64,000 nt of DNA. It comes from Rhodosorus marinus CCMP1338 (lineage: Eukaryota; Plantae; Rhodophyta). This document shows positions 62,620-64,000 of the stretch, in pieces (the first letter of the stretch is position 1; each line of letters opens with the position of its first letter). Location: NCBI GenBank assembly GCA_029953675.1, contig JAMWBK010000007.1, positions 496,001 through 560,000 on the forward strand. Reading direction: 5' to 3'. A program made the position numbers and the translations under genes. The notes under the pieces are model-generated. The model saw nothing but the letters and a program-made list of their open reading frames with translations, was not told the origin of the DNA and made no database searches.

Positions 62620-64000
62620 ATGGTGTTAGGGTTTTTGGTTGCGGGAGTTCTTGGAGAGGGACGTGGGAGAAGGGTTAGTGAGGTTGAAGGACGTAAGTTG
62701 AGATATGGGACTGTGATGCGTGCGGTGGTTGGTAGAGGATTTGTTCGAGAGGTGGGTCCTGAGGAGACGGGGAAGGAGGAGGAGGAGGAGGAGGAGGAGG
62801 AGGAGGAGGATTGGTGTTTTGGAGAGGAGAGTGTTGAGAATGCTATCGTGGCGATTAGGGCAGGGCGGTGCGTTGTTGTGACTGATGATAAGGATCGGGA
62901 GAACGAAGGTGATCTTATTGTAGCGTCTGAGAAGGCTTCCCCGGATGTTGTGGCTTTCATGGTTCGATACACCAGCGGCGTGATTTGCAACGCGATGTTG
63001 GGTGAGGATTTGGATCGCCTCCAGCTTGAGGCTATGGTTCACGACAACAGCGATCCGAAGAAGACCGCCTTCACGATCACCTGTGATTACAAAATGGGAA
63101 ACTCTACTGGAATATCAGCTCAGGACAGGTCCCGCACGCTCAGGGCGCTAGCCAATTCTGCCTCGAGACCAGATGACTTTACTCGGCCCGGTCACATATT
63201 TCCGCTTAGGTATAAGGAGGGTGGTGTCCTAAAGCGCGCAGGTCATACAGAGGCGGCTGTCGACTTGGCTCGCCTCGCAGGCTTTCATCCCGCAGGGGCC
63301 CTGTGTGAAATTGTCAACGATACGGACGGGTCCATGGCTCGCATGCCGTATCTTGTGAAGTTTGCAGAAGAACACGACTTGGTGCTCACAAGCATTGCAG
63401 ACCTTGTCAGGTACAGGCGGAAGAAGGACAATCTTGTGAGACGTATTCGGGAAGAGCCTGCGCTCCTTCCAACCCGGTGGGGAACTTTCAAAGCGTATGC
63501 GTACGAATCGAAGATCGACGCGGTGGAGCACGTAGCGCTGGTCTTGGGCTCCAACATGAAGGACAAGACGAGCAAGAATCCGTTCAGTGAAGATGAGCCG
63601 GTACTAGTGAGAGTGCATTCCGAGTGCTGTACTGGAGACGTCTTGGGCTCTCTACGCTGTGACTGCGGGTATCAACTGGACTTTGCACTTCAGAAGATTG
63701 TGGAAGAGGGAAGAGGATGTCTGCTCTACCTGCGAGGTCAGGAAGGTCGTGGGATCGGAATTGGCCATAAAATGCGGGCTTATGCTCTGCAGGTTGGTTT
63801 ACCATCTTCCTCTTGAACCTTCGTGTCTTGTTTTTGGCGCTAAACCCGTGTCGGACTGGCGGTGGCTTTCTTTCTTGTTTTCTCGTACGGATAGGATCAA
63901 GGACGCGATACTGTTCAGGCGAATCAGGAACTGGGGCTGCCCGTTGACTCTCGGGAGTACGGAATTGGAGCTCAAATTCTGGTCGACCTAGGCATTTCTC
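62620..64000 (+). CDS. ribBA: Plastid bifunctional DHBP synthase / GTP cyclohydrolase II (RibBA), 3'-partial
   Basis: Motifs include [70 protein letters not shown] and [10 protein letters not shown]. After the intron at about 63793-63893 the frame continues [14 protein letters not shown]...[10 protein letters not shown]. Confidence 0.97.
62776..62808 (+). repeat. (GAG)11 coding microsatellite (poly-Glu) in the RibBA N-terminal extension
   Basis: An uninterrupted GAG run encodes E11. Confidence 0.9.

Noticed and set aside
62620-64000. Bacterial contig or recent horizontal transfer of ribBA
   Set aside because: The gene has a transit-peptide-like extension and a GT-AG intron, as expected for a nuclear-encoded plastid enzyme.

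Overview
This is eukaryotic nuclear DNA from a compact, gene-dense genome with many short GT-AG introns, mostly about 70-230 nt. The ORF track therefore shows exon fragments, and I rebuilt gene models by hand from splice signals and protein motifs. Several proteins carry MAF/MAAFV-type plastid transit peptides with no signal peptide in front (CYP97B, a PDZ protein, CYP38, a lumenal FKBP, RibBA). This suggests a primary-plastid alga, most plausibly a red alga (inference). Recognisable genes: RBM28/NOP4 (5'-partial), a MYCBP-like gene, ALYREF, diacylglycerol kinase, CYP97B, a Tudor-less SPF30, POLA2, a 7-unit polyubiquitin, a MET1-like PDZ protein, gamma-carbonic anhydrase, LSM2, a bL25-like ribosomal protein, a RING-H2 ligase, CYP38, FKBP, a divergent PIG-Z-like gene, H2A.Z, PRPF38B, a small SLD2-motif protein, an importin-beta family member, SETD9-like and RibBA (3'-partial). 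Non-coding structure includes a 1468-bp non-autonomous TIR transposon with about 17 subterminal TAGGGC motifs and a target-site duplication, inverted repeats in the middle of intergenic regions, two GAATGTTC-based tandem arrays, an 88-bp tandem duplication, E2F sites upstream of POLA2, and a strong G/T skew in 5' leaders. I found no tRNA, rRNA or CRISPR array and cannot support a new multi-gene system. The best leads are the TIR element, the domain-altered proteins (SPF30, PIG-Z-like, PDZ, MYCBP, SLD2-like) and the intergenic palindromes. Exon boundaries are manual predictions.
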